Positions 18,097 through 29,000 of a DNA stretch of 64,000 nt are shown one piece after another (positions within the stretch are counted from its first letter, which is position 1; every line of letters begins with the position of its first letter). The notes beneath the pieces were generated by a model, which saw only the letters and a list, made by a program, of their open reading frames with translations, did no database searches and was not told the origin of the DNA. The translations under genes and the position numbers were made by a program. This DNA comes from an uncultured Spirochaetota bacterium (GTDB lineage: Bacteria; Spirochaetota; Brevinematia; Brevinematales; JAOACQ01): NCBI GenBank assembly GCA_963835575.1, contig CAWIGG010000004.1, positions 896,001-960,000 of the forward strand, given 5' to 3'.

Positions 18097-18286
18097 CACA
18101 AGGATTTCTTCTTTCTTTTAATTAAAAAGAATAAAATAATTATTTGTATTCGTTTAAAGTCTTCAAAATGACCGTATGCCTATTCAGAGTCCAAATTTAT
18201 TTTATGTGTTGTGTGCCGTTTTTCCCTATCTTTTCTAAAAAGAAAGAAAGGGCTCTTCCCCGGATAATCTGCCGGGCAAAAAATCC

Positions 18287-18751
18287 TCAAAAATTATATG
18301 CCAGATGGAATTCCAAACCATCTTTTTGCGGTATTAAAAAAAGTCTCATGTTTTGTTTTTTTTGATTATTATTATACTCTAAAACCGCCGCTCCGCCCCA
18401 TATCATGCTTGCTATGCTGAAACCTAATGAACCGAAAACGCCGATATAGCCGAATGGCGATATTTTCGGGTCAGGGGATGTGGAAGATAAATCCCTGATA
18501 ATTTCAATCCAGGTGCAGACAGTGCAGATAGAGCCTCCGGTATTTAATATCCAGAAACCGGCATAATCTTCGGCGTATATATTTCCCCATCCGAATGTTC
18601 CCGGAATCAGAATACCTAGAGTGCTGACATAACCCAGAACAACTCCTTCTATCACGCTTTTTTGTCTGACTGGCGCCTGATCATTGGTCCCGCAAAAAAC
18701 TAAAGAACTGTAAAAAACTAAAACAGTAAGTATTACAATGCTTCTTTTCAT
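18287..18751 (-). CDS. Exported membrane protein with a P13-porin-like motif and C-terminal Phe
   Basis: Signal peptide, IPGTFGWGNIYAED, hydrophobic hairpin, ends LEFHLAYNF. Confidence 0.6.
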   Translation of the reverse strand: MKRSIVILTVLVFYSSLVFCGTNDQAPVRQKSVIEGVVLGYVSTLGILIPGTFGWGNIYAEDYAGFWILNTGGSICTVCTWIEIIRDLSSTSPDPKISPFGYIGVFGSLGFSIASMIWGGAAVLEYNNNQKKQNMRLFLIPQKDGLEFHLAYNF

Positions 18752-18834
18752 ATAATCCCCTGTGCAATCATTTATAATATTCTCTAATATTCGTCTTTTT
18801 TAAAATAATTGAATGATTATTTTTAATAAAATTT

Positions 18835-18872
18835 ATTCCATTCATCTTAATAAAATCATATTTTACTGTCAA
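18835..18872 (-). promoter_or_regulatory. Duplicated sigma70-like promoter, copy 2
   Basis: TTGACA-N17-TAAGAT; matches 18059-18096. Confidence 0.65.
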
Positions 18873-18966
18873 GACAGGTTTTTTTTACATTTTGGACGGG
18901 CACAAGAAAGTGGACATAATCCCCGGCAATTGTTGCCTCCGGACAAAAGAAAGTGAACAAGTATCC

Positions 18967-20787
18967 TTATTTATCCCTTGTTTTATTCATAACCGCTCTT
19001 TTCTCCTGATTCAGTTCTATCTTTCTCATCCGGAATGTCTTTGGGGTCACTTCCACCAGTTCGTCTTCCGCTATGAATTCGATGGCCTGGTCGAGAGATA
19101 AAATCCTGGGCACTTTCAATACGATTGTCATATCGGATGTGGAGCTGCGCATGTTGGTCAGTTTTTTTTCCTTGGTGATATTGATGTCGAGGTCGCGGTC
19201 CTTGTTGCTCTCGCCGACGATCATCCCCTCGTAAACCTCTGTTCCGACATTAAGGAACAGTTCGCCGCGGTCCTCCATGGCAAGGTGCGCGTAGGAATGC
19301 GAAAACCCGGACCTGTCGGCGACAAGGACCCCGCTCGTCCTGTGCCTGAAATTTCCCGCCCATTCCTTATAACCTTCGAAAAGCGTGTTCATGACGCCGA
19401 GGCCGCGGGTGTCCGTCAGGAACTGGCTCCTGAACCCGATGATCCCCCTTGTCGAACAGACAAATTCCAGATTGACCCTTCCCGCCCCGGTGTGTTTTAT
19501 GGTTTCCATCCGGCCTTTTTTTTGTGCCATTTTCTCGGTAATGACGCCGACATATTCCTCGGGAATATCGAAGAATATTCTTTCATATGGTTCATGGATT
19601 TTCCCATCGATTTTCTTTGTGATGATGGTCGGCTTGGATACCATCAGCTCATAGCCTTCCCTCCTCATCGTCTCGATAAGTATCCCGAGCTGGAGCTCTC
19701 CCCTGCCGGAAACCTTGAAGGCGTCCGCCCTGTCGGTATCCTCGACCCGGATGGAGACATTCTTGAGCGACTCTTTCTGAAGCCTTGCCTTGATATGCCT
19801 TGTTGTCAGGTATTCCCCGTCCCTTCCGGCGAAAGGGCTCGAATTGACATAAAAAACCATGGACACCGTCGGCTCGTCCACCCGGATGCCCGGGAGAGGT
19901 TTCGGGTTTTCAATTGAGGTGATGGTGTCGCCGATATTGATATTTTCAACGCCGGAAACGGCTATGATATCGCCCGCCTCGACCTCATTCACCTGCTTTT
20001 TAGAGAGGCCATGGAAAGTAAAAAGATTTGAGAATTTTATATTGTTCGTGATAACATTATCGCTTACCAGGGCGTACGGCTTTGAGAGTTCGAGCTTTCC
20101 ATTGAACATCCTTCCAAGCGCCACCTGCCCGATATAAGAATCGTAATCGAGGTTTGTGACCAGGAATTGCGGTTCGAGGCTGTCGTCGCCTTCGGGGGCC
20201 GGGATATAATTAATAATTTCTTCGAATAGGAATTTAAGGTCTGTCGAACCGTCCCACGGTTTTTTATAAGCGACGCCTTCCCTGGCCACCGTATAAAGGA
20301 TCGGGAAGTTAATCTGCCGGTCATCGGCGCCCAGTTCGATAAAGAGGTCGTAAACCTCGTTGATGACCTCGTCGATCCTGGCGTCCTTCCTGTCGATCTT
20401 GTTAATGACAAGTATGACTACTATTTTCTTCGCTAGGGCTTTTCTCAGCACAAATCGGGTCTGCGGAAGCGGGCCCTCGCTCGCGTCGACAAGGAGAAGC
20501 GCCCCGTCGACCATATTGAGGCCTCTTTCCACCTCGCCCCCGAAGTCGGCATGGCCGGGCGTATCGATGATGTTGATCTTGATATTCTTATAATAAACGG
20601 CCGTATTTTTCGCGGCGATGGTGATGCCTCTTTCCCTTTCCAGGTCCATGGTGTCCATAACGCGTTCCACGACTTCCTGGCCTTCCCTGAAAACGCCGCT
20701 CTGCCGGAGCATGGCGTCCACCAGGGTGGTTTTGCCATGGTCCACGTGGGCGATGATGGCGATATTGCGGAATTTTTCTTTTCTCAC
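18967..20787 (-). CDS. typA: Translational GTPase TypA/BipA
   Basis: [51 protein letters not shown]. Confidence 0.97.
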   Translation of the reverse strand: MRKEKFRNIAIIAHVDHGKTTLVDAMLRQSGVFREGQEVVERVMDTMDLERERGITIAAKNTAVYYKNIKINIIDTPGHADFGGEVERGLNMVDGALLLVDASEGPLPQTRFVLRKALAKKIVVILVINKIDRKDARIDEVINEVYDLFIELGADDRQINFPILYTVAREGVAYKKPWDGSTDLKFLFEEIINYIPAPEGDDSLEPQFLVTNLDYDSYIGQVALGRMFNGKLELSKPYALVSDNVITNNIKFSNLFTFHGLSKKQVNEVEAGDIIAVSGVENINIGDTITSIENPKPLPGIRVDEPTVSMVFYVNSSPFAGRDGEYLTTRHIKARLQKESLKNVSIRVEDTDRADAFKVSGRGELQLGILIETMRREGYELMVSKPTIITKKIDGKIHEPYERIFFDIPEEYVGVITEKMAQKKGRMETIKHTGAGRVNLEFVCSTRGIIGFRSQFLTDTRGLGVMNTLFEGYKEWAGNFRHRTSGVLVADRSGFSHSYAHLAMEDRGELFLNVGTEVYEGMIVGESNKDRDLDINITKEKKLTNMRSSTSDMTIVLKVPRILSLDQAIEFIAEDELVEVTPKTFRMRKIELNQEKRAVMNKTRDK

Positions 20788-20983
20788 AGGATTGACTCCT
20801 TGTTATTTTTACACAGGCAATTTGGAAATGATTTAATAAAAGCCTTTTCTAATAAGAAATTCTGTTGATTTAAGGTAAAAAGCAGACAGGAAAATTGAAC
20901 AGAAAGGATTATTTAAAAAACCATACCCCAATAGTTTAGCTTAAAACCCCGGATTATGCAAAAAAGCGGATGAGGCTATTTTT

Positions 20984-21011
20984 CTACCACTTCTCGTTCT
21001 TATAAATCAGC
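20984..21011 (-). repeat. Duplicated 3' end of folE (26/28 identical to 31463-31490)
   Basis: Encodes LIYKNEKW* versus LIYKNENW* in folE. Confidence 0.85.
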
Positions 21012-21068
21012 AACGTCGCGTTAAGAATGAAATTGCCTAGCTGCTTTTGTTATGTTTTTGACAACTTA

Positions 21069-24000
21069 TTACCATGCAATTGCATTCTTGCCAACTTTTT
21101 TGGCTCTGTACATGTTTTTGTCAGCTCTTTCAATAAGCTCGATCCTATTCTCATTTTCAATAAACTCGGCAATCCCGATACTGACAGTTACATTAAGCTT
21201 CTTTTTAATTGTACTTTTCAAGTGTTCAACCGAATTTTCTTCTATGGAGTTTTTGATTTTTTCCGCCACGATTTTTGCATCTTCCACTTTGGTTTCAGTC
21301 AGTACCGCAACGAACTCTTCTCCGCCGTATCTGGCGACCAGGTCGCTATTCCTCAGTGAATTATTTATCATTTGGGCAACGCTTTTAAGGACTTTGTCTC
21401 CTGTCTGATGGCCGTATTTATCGTTAAATTGTTTAAAATTGTCGATATCTATCATCAACAAACAGAGATTTCTTTTATATCTCTTGGCATTGGACAGGCA
21501 CTTCATTAAATAATTATCAAAAAAGGTTCTGTTGTAGATGCCGGTAAGCCCGTCAGTAACAGCGCGTTTATAAAGCTCGGCATTCTCGATGGAGATGGCC
21601 GCCTGCGACGAAAGAATTTGAAGCAATTCCAGCCGTTCGGGTGTAAAAGCGTTGGTTGTGAGATTGTTTTCTAGGTAAATAATGCCGGTCACTTCCCCTT
21701 TGTGGATTATCGGGGTGCAAAGTATTGATTTGGGTTTATGTTCGATGATGTATTTGTCCTGAGTAAAGGCCCCTTCGCTAGTTGCATCATTCAATATCAC
21801 AGGCTGTTTTGTTTTGCTGACATAATTCACTATTGCAACCGATAAGTTTACAGAATTATCCACAGGAATTGACTTTAATACTATAATCTCTTTTTCATTG
21901 CTGTTCTCAGCTTCGATGTAGAGTTTGTTGTCTTCTTCTTTCTTTAATATCATGAATCCCTTCTGGGCACCGGCATTTTCAATCGAGAGCTTCATAATGA
22001 TTTCAAGAAGACTTCCCAGGTTGATTTCACTAGATATGGCAAGAGAAGTTTTGATGATGGTGGAAATATCCAGAGCCTGCATTCCCTTTACCCTCGATAA
22101 TGAGGTAAGGCCGGTTGAATCCGGGGCTGGTTTGGCATCATAAGTTATCACATTGCCGAGAAGCTCTGGATATTTCGTTTCCAGTTGTCTTATTTTGGAT
22201 AAAGCACCCCATTTTGCATAGCAGCTGTGTGCCTTAATCATATATTGCTTCGTGCTCTCAATGTTTTTCATTTTTTTCATTAAAAGAGCCGCCCGTTCAC
22301 TGGCAATACCTTCATTTTGAGTATACCCGTTTTCGTTTGCGGATTTGATGGCCTCATCGTAAAAGTTTTTTGCCTTTTTAAACTGGTGATTGATTAAGGC
22401 CATTTCGGCTTCTACCAATAAATACTTATGGAGAAAGTTCTCAGGGCAATTTTTTGCCCAAAGTTTCATCCGCTTTTGGTTCAGTCTGATGATGCGCTTA
22501 TATTTCCTGCGGCCCAACCATTTTGCCTCCGGGTACAGGGCCGCCATGGCCAGCGAAGAATAAAAATTCGCCTCGGTAATGTGAAGATACCCCCTGGCGA
22601 CCTCCCGTCTGACCACCAGGTCATATAATTCCGCCGAGATTGAGACGCAATTATCGTACTCCCCGAAGAGGTAATAGACCCTTATTTTGATAAGCAGTAA
22701 AAAAAAGATACCAAGGAAAAGTCCGGATTTCCGGTAATTCCGCATAACATCCTCTTCATCGAAGTCCGCAGTGTTCAGATGACCTGGTGTGTCGGTAAGG
22801 CCTTTAAGGCAAAGGAGCATCTGGGCATTTATCCGGTAATTCAGTGCAACAAAGGGATCTTTACTTCCCAGTTGAAAACTTTTGTACTTTTCGTTTTCTT
22901 CCATAATATCATCTATGCCATCCCCCAATATGATGCGGGTGGCGCAGAGAACATTTACCGCATGATGGGCAAAAATAACATTTCCCACTTCCAGGCAATT
23001 TTTATATCCCTCCCGAATGAGATCAAGATCGTATTTTGCATGCTTTGTCCAGTGCTGAACAAAAGCCGCAAATGACCAGATGGTAAGACCAATGCTTTTC
23101 TTGCTGTCCAGCTTTTCATTGACCTTCATGCCTGTGACGGCGAATCTGTATCCCTGCTGATAAAAGCCGAGTCCCGCTCCAAGAATGGAGCCGAAAGTGC
23201 TTAAAGTAAGTCCCGAATACTCATAATTCCCATGATTCAGGATTTTAGATACTCCCTCAATTATGACATACGACCAGATATTGGTGTCATAATAGTAGGC
23301 AACGGTGCCTGTATTGATCGCCAATAAGTGCCATATGACATTTTTCGGATCTGTTGCCGGAGGCAGATCAATGATATCTTCAATTTTTATTTTTGATTTT
23401 TTGAATTGGAAATACAGCCTTATTAGTTTTGAAACTATCATACCCTTGGTGACATGCTCAGGTATTTCGCTTCCGATCATCCGCATGGCCTCGATACCCA
23501 GTGCGAGTGATTCTTTATACTTAGCCATACTGCCGTAGAGTAGGATCATTAAAATATAGCCTCTGGTTTTTTCATTATCGGTTTTCGCATTCTTCATGAT
23601 CTCCTTGAATATTTTTTCTGCTTCGGTAAAATTAAGAGTCAGGTATTCGCATTCCATTCTTTCCATTGAAAGTTCGTAGGCAAGGTCATAATGTTTTATC
23701 CAGCAGTCATGGGGAAGAAGGGCATCGGCAGTCCTGGCATAGACGGCAGCGGACGCGTATGCAGTCGAATTTTTAGCTTTTTTGCATGCCAGGAAATTCA
23801 GGCGCGCAAGTCTTATCTTTTCTTTAGCTCTTGATATAAGCGATATCCCCCTGTTGAGATGCCCGACAATATAGAATATTTTATCGAATAGCTTTTTCCC
23901 TTCGGTTTTTTTGAGCGTCATATTGCCGATTTTATAATGCATTACCGTTTTTTCATGATCCGGAATGAGTGAGTAAGCCGCTTCCCGGATTCGGTCGTGA

Positions 24001-25994
24001 TGAAATTTGTATGTGTCCCCATCAAGGCTGACCAGACCTTTTTCGATCGTCTCCGTGAGATCGGCAAGAGTTTCTTCAATGGGCTTCTCGGAAACAATGG
24101 ACAATGTTTCAAGATCAAATCTGTTTCCTATGCATGAACATATCTTGATCAAATTCAGGGATTTTTCCCGTAGAGTGGAAATTATATCCGCCATGAATAC
24201 GACAATATTGTCCGGGATCTGCATCTGTTCGATCAGGTTAAGATCCCATTTCCACCCGGTTTTAGGGTCGAACTTGAAAATATCTTTATTGTAGAGGTTC
24301 TTGAAAAATTGAATGACAAAAAAGGGATTTCCCGCGGTCTTTTTGTAGACAATCTCTGTCAGGGCCATCGATTCACCGGCTTCGCACCGGAGCGTGTTCA
24401 TCAGCATAATATTGACTTGGTTTATATCGAGAGGAGCGAGCTCTATGCTGTTTATAGCTTTGCCTCTTTTCCGGATTTCGTCCAGCGTGAGCGTCAGCGG
24501 ATGATACAGACTTACCTCGTTGTTCCTGCATGCCCCGATTAATAACAAATACTTTGTACCGTTGCCGGCCATTATGTTTTTTAAAAAATTCAGGCTTGCA
24601 AGGTCTGCCCACTGGAGATCGTCTAAAAAGAGGACCAGGGGATGTTCTTTCGCGGAAAAAATCCCGATAAGGTTTTGAAAAACCAGGTTAAATCTGTTCT
24701 GAGTCTCCTCCGGACCGAGTATCGGCACTTCCTTCTGTTTTCCGATAACCAGCTCCATTTCAGGAAAGATTTCAGTAATAATCTTACCGTTAGAACCGAT
24801 GGCGGAAAGAATCTTATCCTTCCACAGGTTGATTTTCTCATTGCTTTCGGTGAGTATCTGCCTGACAAGGCTTTGAAAAGCCTGGATAATGGAGCTGTAA
24901 GGGACATCCTTTCTGAACTGGTCAAATTTCCCGAAAATGAAATAACCCCTCTTTAAAACAATAGGTTTATATAATTCATTCACGAAAGCAGTTTTGCCGA
25001 TTCCAGGCATTCCTGACACAATTACGATCTCACTTGTGCCTCTGCTAATCCGCTCGAATGATTGCAGCAGAGCATCAAGTTCCTTTTCCCGGCCTATGAT
25101 AATCGGGGGAATATTAATTTCAACTGGAATATCCTTTGTAGCAATGGCAAATTCCTCTATTTTATCTTTTTGTCCAATCTGATTCAGGCAACTAATCATA
25201 TCTGCCATTAAGCCCTGACAGTTTTGATATCTTTCCTCAGGGTTCTTTGCCAGCAGTTTCATGATAATACTGGAAATGACCCTGGGGATGGATGGATTAA
25301 GCTTGTCCGGCTGGATTGGCTGGCGTGCAATATGCGAATGAATCAACTCCATAGGATCCTTTGCTTCAAATGGGCGTGTGCCGGTGAGCATTTCATAAAA
25401 AGTTATACCCAGAGAATAAATATCTGTACGGTAATCAACACTCCGGTTCATTCTGCCTGTCTGCTCAGGGGACACATAGGGAAGTATTTCTTCGATGACT
25501 ATCGGGTCATAGAGCTCATCATTTGCATGCGTCAGAACTGTTGATATGCCGAAATTTGTTATTTTGACCTTTTTCTGCTTCAGGTTGATTAAAATATTAT
25601 CTGGTCTGATATCCATATGTATGACATGATTTCTATGAAGCATGCTGAGGCTTTCTGAAAGCTGTAATCCGATTTGTAAAAACAATTCTAAATCAATCTT
25701 CTCCTTCTTTAAAATTTCTTTCAGAGGAATGCCGTTAAAGTTTTCCTCCACGATGGCATAATTGTTTTTATGTTCAATCAGATCAAGGGATTTTACAACA
25801 CCTTCAGCATCGATTCTTTTGATAAGATTATATTCCTGTTTGAATCTTACGATTTCTGATAATGAGGGATTCTTAGCTTTTAATACTTTTACGATGACGG
25901 TCCGAGGCTCGTTTTCTTTTTGTCCACTGTAAACTATGAAGTTCCTCATTTCATGTAATTTTTCCTTCAGGATGTAATTTGCAAACCGTTCCAT
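21069..25994 (-). CDS. Ser/Thr kinase-like / AAA ATPase / GAF / GGDEF diguanylate cyclase
   Basis: HMDIRPDN and ITNFG (degenerate kinase), GMPGIGKT, FLDDLQWAD, GAF (IYLENNL), RNSD..RYGGEEF. Confidence 0.9.
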   Translation of the reverse strand: MERFANYILKEKLHEMRNFIVYSGQKENEPRTVIVKVLKAKNPSLSEIVRFKQEYNLIKRIDAEGVVKSLDLIEHKNNYAIVEENFNGIPLKEILKKEKIDLELFLQIGLQLSESLSMLHRNHVIHMDIRPDNILINLKQKKVKITNFGISTVLTHANDELYDPIVIEEILPYVSPEQTGRMNRSVDYRTDIYSLGITFYEMLTGTRPFEAKDPMELIHSHIARQPIQPDKLNPSIPRVISSIIMKLLAKNPEERYQNCQGLMADMISCLNQIGQKDKIEEFAIATKDIPVEINIPPIIIGREKELDALLQSFERISRGTSEIVIVSGMPGIGKTAFVNELYKPIVLKRGYFIFGKFDQFRKDVPYSSIIQAFQSLVRQILTESNEKINLWKDKILSAIGSNGKIITEIFPEMELVIGKQKEVPILGPEETQNRFNLVFQNLIGIFSAKEHPLVLFLDDLQWADLASLNFLKNIMAGNGTKYLLLIGACRNNEVSLYHPLTLTLDEIRKRGKAINSIELAPLDINQVNIMLMNTLRCEAGESMALTEIVYKKTAGNPFFVIQFFKNLYNKDIFKFDPKTGWKWDLNLIEQMQIPDNIVVFMADIISTLREKSLNLIKICSCIGNRFDLETLSIVSEKPIEETLADLTETIEKGLVSLDGDTYKFHHDRIREAAYSLIPDHEKTVMHYKIGNMTLKKTEGKKLFDKIFYIVGHLNRGISLISRAKEKIRLARLNFLACKKAKNSTAYASAAVYARTADALLPHDCWIKHYDLAYELSMERMECEYLTLNFTEAEKIFKEIMKNAKTDNEKTRGYILMILLYGSMAKYKESLALGIEAMRMIGSEIPEHVTKGMIVSKLIRLYFQFKKSKIKIEDIIDLPPATDPKNVIWHLLAINTGTVAYYYDTNIWSYVIIEGVSKILNHGNYEYSGLTLSTFGSILGAGLGFYQQGYRFAVTGMKVNEKLDSKKSIGLTIWSFAAFVQHWTKHAKYDLDLIREGYKNCLEVGNVIFAHHAVNVLCATRIILGDGIDDIMEENEKYKSFQLGSKDPFVALNYRINAQMLLCLKGLTDTPGHLNTADFDEEDVMRNYRKSGLFLGIFFLLLIKIRVYYLFGEYDNCVSISAELYDLVVRREVARGYLHITEANFYSSLAMAALYPEAKWLGRRKYKRIIRLNQKRMKLWAKNCPENFLHKYLLVEAEMALINHQFKKAKNFYDEAIKSANENGYTQNEGIASERAALLMKKMKNIESTKQYMIKAHSCYAKWGALSKIRQLETKYPELLGNVITYDAKPAPDSTGLTSLSRVKGMQALDISTIIKTSLAISSEINLGSLLEIIMKLSIENAGAQKGFMILKKEEDNKLYIEAENSNEKEIIVLKSIPVDNSVNLSVAIVNYVSKTKQPVILNDATSEGAFTQDKYIIEHKPKSILCTPIIHKGEVTGIIYLENNLTTNAFTPERLELLQILSSQAAISIENAELYKRAVTDGLTGIYNRTFFDNYLMKCLSNAKRYKRNLCLLMIDIDNFKQFNDKYGHQTGDKVLKSVAQMINNSLRNSDLVARYGGEEFVAVLTETKVEDAKIVAEKIKNSIEENSVEHLKSTIKKKLNVTVSIGIAEFIENENRIELIERADKNMYRAKKVGKNAIAW

Positions 25995-26042
25995 TATTTG
26001 AAACCTCTGCTGGAGATGAATTATCCTTTTACTATATCACCA

Positions 26043-29000
26043 CTACATCTTTTTTAATATAACAAGGGACACATCATCGTTCTTTTTATATCCCTGAAGA
26101 TCTTCCAGAATTTTATCTTTGATGTCATTTGGTCTCAGTCTTCCGGAATTCTTCAGGATTTCAGCCAATTTCTCCTCTGAGAACATCACTCCTTCCTTGT
26201 TCCTTGCTTCGGTGATGCCGTCGGTGAACAGGAGAAGGATGTCCCCCGGATTCAGGTTGAGTTCACAGTCGATATTCTGCTGATTCATGTCCCAGGGTGA
26301 GAGCCATATCCCTTCGGACGGCGTTGTTTCCACAGTGCCGCTTGATGAGCGGTAAACGATAATGTCCTGATGCAGACCTGAATACACGGCCTTTCCGTCT
26401 TTTCCGATGGAGAAGGCTGTTATTGTCATATATTTGTCTTCATTCATTTTATTCATATTGTATTTTATAGCCTCGTTCACCGTGGATAATAAATCAGACG
26501 GCTTTAAATCGGGATATTTTCTGACAAGCGCCTGTATTGTGGTCTGGACCATCATCATAACAAGACCTGCCGGAACCCCATGACCGGAAACATCCCCGAT
26601 AATGACCCAGCTTTTGCTTCCGCTGTTAATGACGTCATAATAATCCCCGCCGACATCGCTGGTGGGTTTCATGTACACGGTGATATCGAACCCTTCAATC
26701 GAGGGGCTGTCCGGGAGCAAAGCGGATTGAATAGTGGCGGCGATTTTCATCTCTGTTTCCAGCTTTGCCGCGTTTTCCCTGAGTGCGACAAGCCGGGAGT
26801 TTTCTATCGAAATGGCGGCCTGGGTGGAAAGGATCTGCAGCAGTTCCAGGCGTTCGGGAGTAAACGCATGCGTGGTCAGATTATTCTCCAGATAAAGAAT
26901 GCCCGCCGTGATTCCCTTGTACCTGATGGGCGTACAGAGGATCGATTTAGGATGGTTTTTATTTATGTAGGGATCGTTTATGAACTGTTCATCACCGGAC
27001 GCATCGCTCAACACTATGTTCTCTCCGGTTTTATTGACGTAATTGACAATCGATACCGAAAACGAGCTATTGCCTTCAACGGGTACCGATTGTAAAACCT
27101 CGGCCGCTTCTTCGATCCTGCCGGCCGCTTCAATATAGAGCTTATTATCCGACTTATTTTCCAATATCAGAAAACCGCGCTGCGCGCCGGCATTTTCAAT
27201 GGAAAGCTTCATGATATTCATCAGAAGCTTTCCCAGGTCAATTTCACCGGATAATGACTGCGATGTTTTTATGACCGTTGTCAAGTCGAGGGAACGGGAC
27301 CCTGATGAAGAAGATCCTGAGTTTGATCCGGTATCGGCTACAGAGGCTAGACTGGAAGTATTCCTCATGATATTGCTGATGAGCTCCGGATATTTCTCCT
27401 CAATATCCTTTAACTTGGCTTCGGCTCCCCATCTCTTATAGCAATAGTGCGCTTCTTTCATATAATTTCCTGCCCTTTCTAAATTAAGCGTTCTTAACAT
27501 AAGAAGCGCGGCCCGTTCATAAGCGATCGCCTCATTCTGCTTATAGCCGTTCTCATGGGCCGATTTGATGGCCTGATCGTAAAGGCTTAAGGACAGTTTA
27601 AGGTTCCCTTTCAATTGCGCCAGTTCCGCCTCGATGATAAGATATTTGTGAAGGAAATTTTCATGGCAGTTATCAGCCCAGATCTTCATTTTTTTCTGAT
27701 TGTTTTTGATGATTTTTTCATATTTCTTTTTCTCTCCGTCCCCGGCATCCGGGTATAAAGATGTCAGTACCAATGAAGAATAAAAATTGGCTTCGGCGAT
27801 GTGAAGATTGCCGATGGCAATTTTCTTTTCAGCCAGCTGATCCAATTCAAAGACAAACGGCAGACATTCCGAGTGCTTCCCAAAAAGATAACGGGCGCTG
27901 ATCAGAGCCAGGGATAAATAATAGACGCCGAGCAGGTTCTTTTCCTCCCTGTAATATTGTATCTGCTTTTCCTCGTCAAATTCTCCGGAGTTCAATCTGC
28001 CCCTCTCATCCGTAAGGCCTTTCAGGCACAGGCATTGCTGTGTTTTTTCAATATAGGCATGCGCGACGAACGGGTCTTTGCTGCCCATGAGAAAATCCTT
28101 ATATTTCCCGTATTCTTCCAGAATTTCATCGATGTTGTCTCCCAGCATAAGGCGGGTCATGATGAGAAGGTTGATGGCATGCCCGCTGTAAAGCAGATCG
28201 CCTTCTTCCAGGCCATGCTTGTAAGCTTCCCTGTAGTAATCAAGGTCGTATTTCGCATGTCCCTTCCAGTGCTGGATCATCATGGCAAATGCCAATTCTA
28301 TCCGGCATCTGTTTCTTACGCTCGCGATCTTTTCCTTCAGCTTTAAGGCCGTTTCGCCGAACCGGTAGCCCTGGTCATAAAGACCGATCCCGGATCCGAT
28401 AATGGAGCCCAGGGCGCTCAAAGTAAAGGGGGATGACTCATAATTCCCGTATTTGAGTACATTGATCGCGCCTCCGATGACGGAATAACTGTATAAATTG
28501 GCATCGATAAAATAGAGCACCAGATTTATGCTGTTCCGTAAAAAGTGATACGCCAGAATTTCCGGATCTGTTGTCAATGGAATATTGATAATATCTTCTA
28601 TCTTTCTCCTGCCGAGCGTAAAATAAAGCCTGAGCAATTGCATCAGTATCATCCCGTTGCTTGCTTTCTTCGGCAGCTTGATGCCGATCATTTTCAGGCC
28701 TTCATAGCCCACTTTGAGCGCCTCCATGTAATTTCCCTGGCTGGTATAGAGTATGACCATGGTATTATAGGCGTTTGCCTTGTCGACATTGGAATTTGCA
28801 TTATCAATGATTGTTTGAAATATTCTTTCCGCTTCATTGAAAACATGTGTCAGATATTCGCATTCCATTCTTTCCATATGCAGGGAATAGGCCAGCTGAT
28901 AATGGTTCTCCCAGCCGTCATCCGGAAGAAGTTCAATGCCCGTTTTCAAATAAGCGGCGGCGGAAGCATAAGCCGTTGAATTTTTTGCCTTTTTGCCGGC

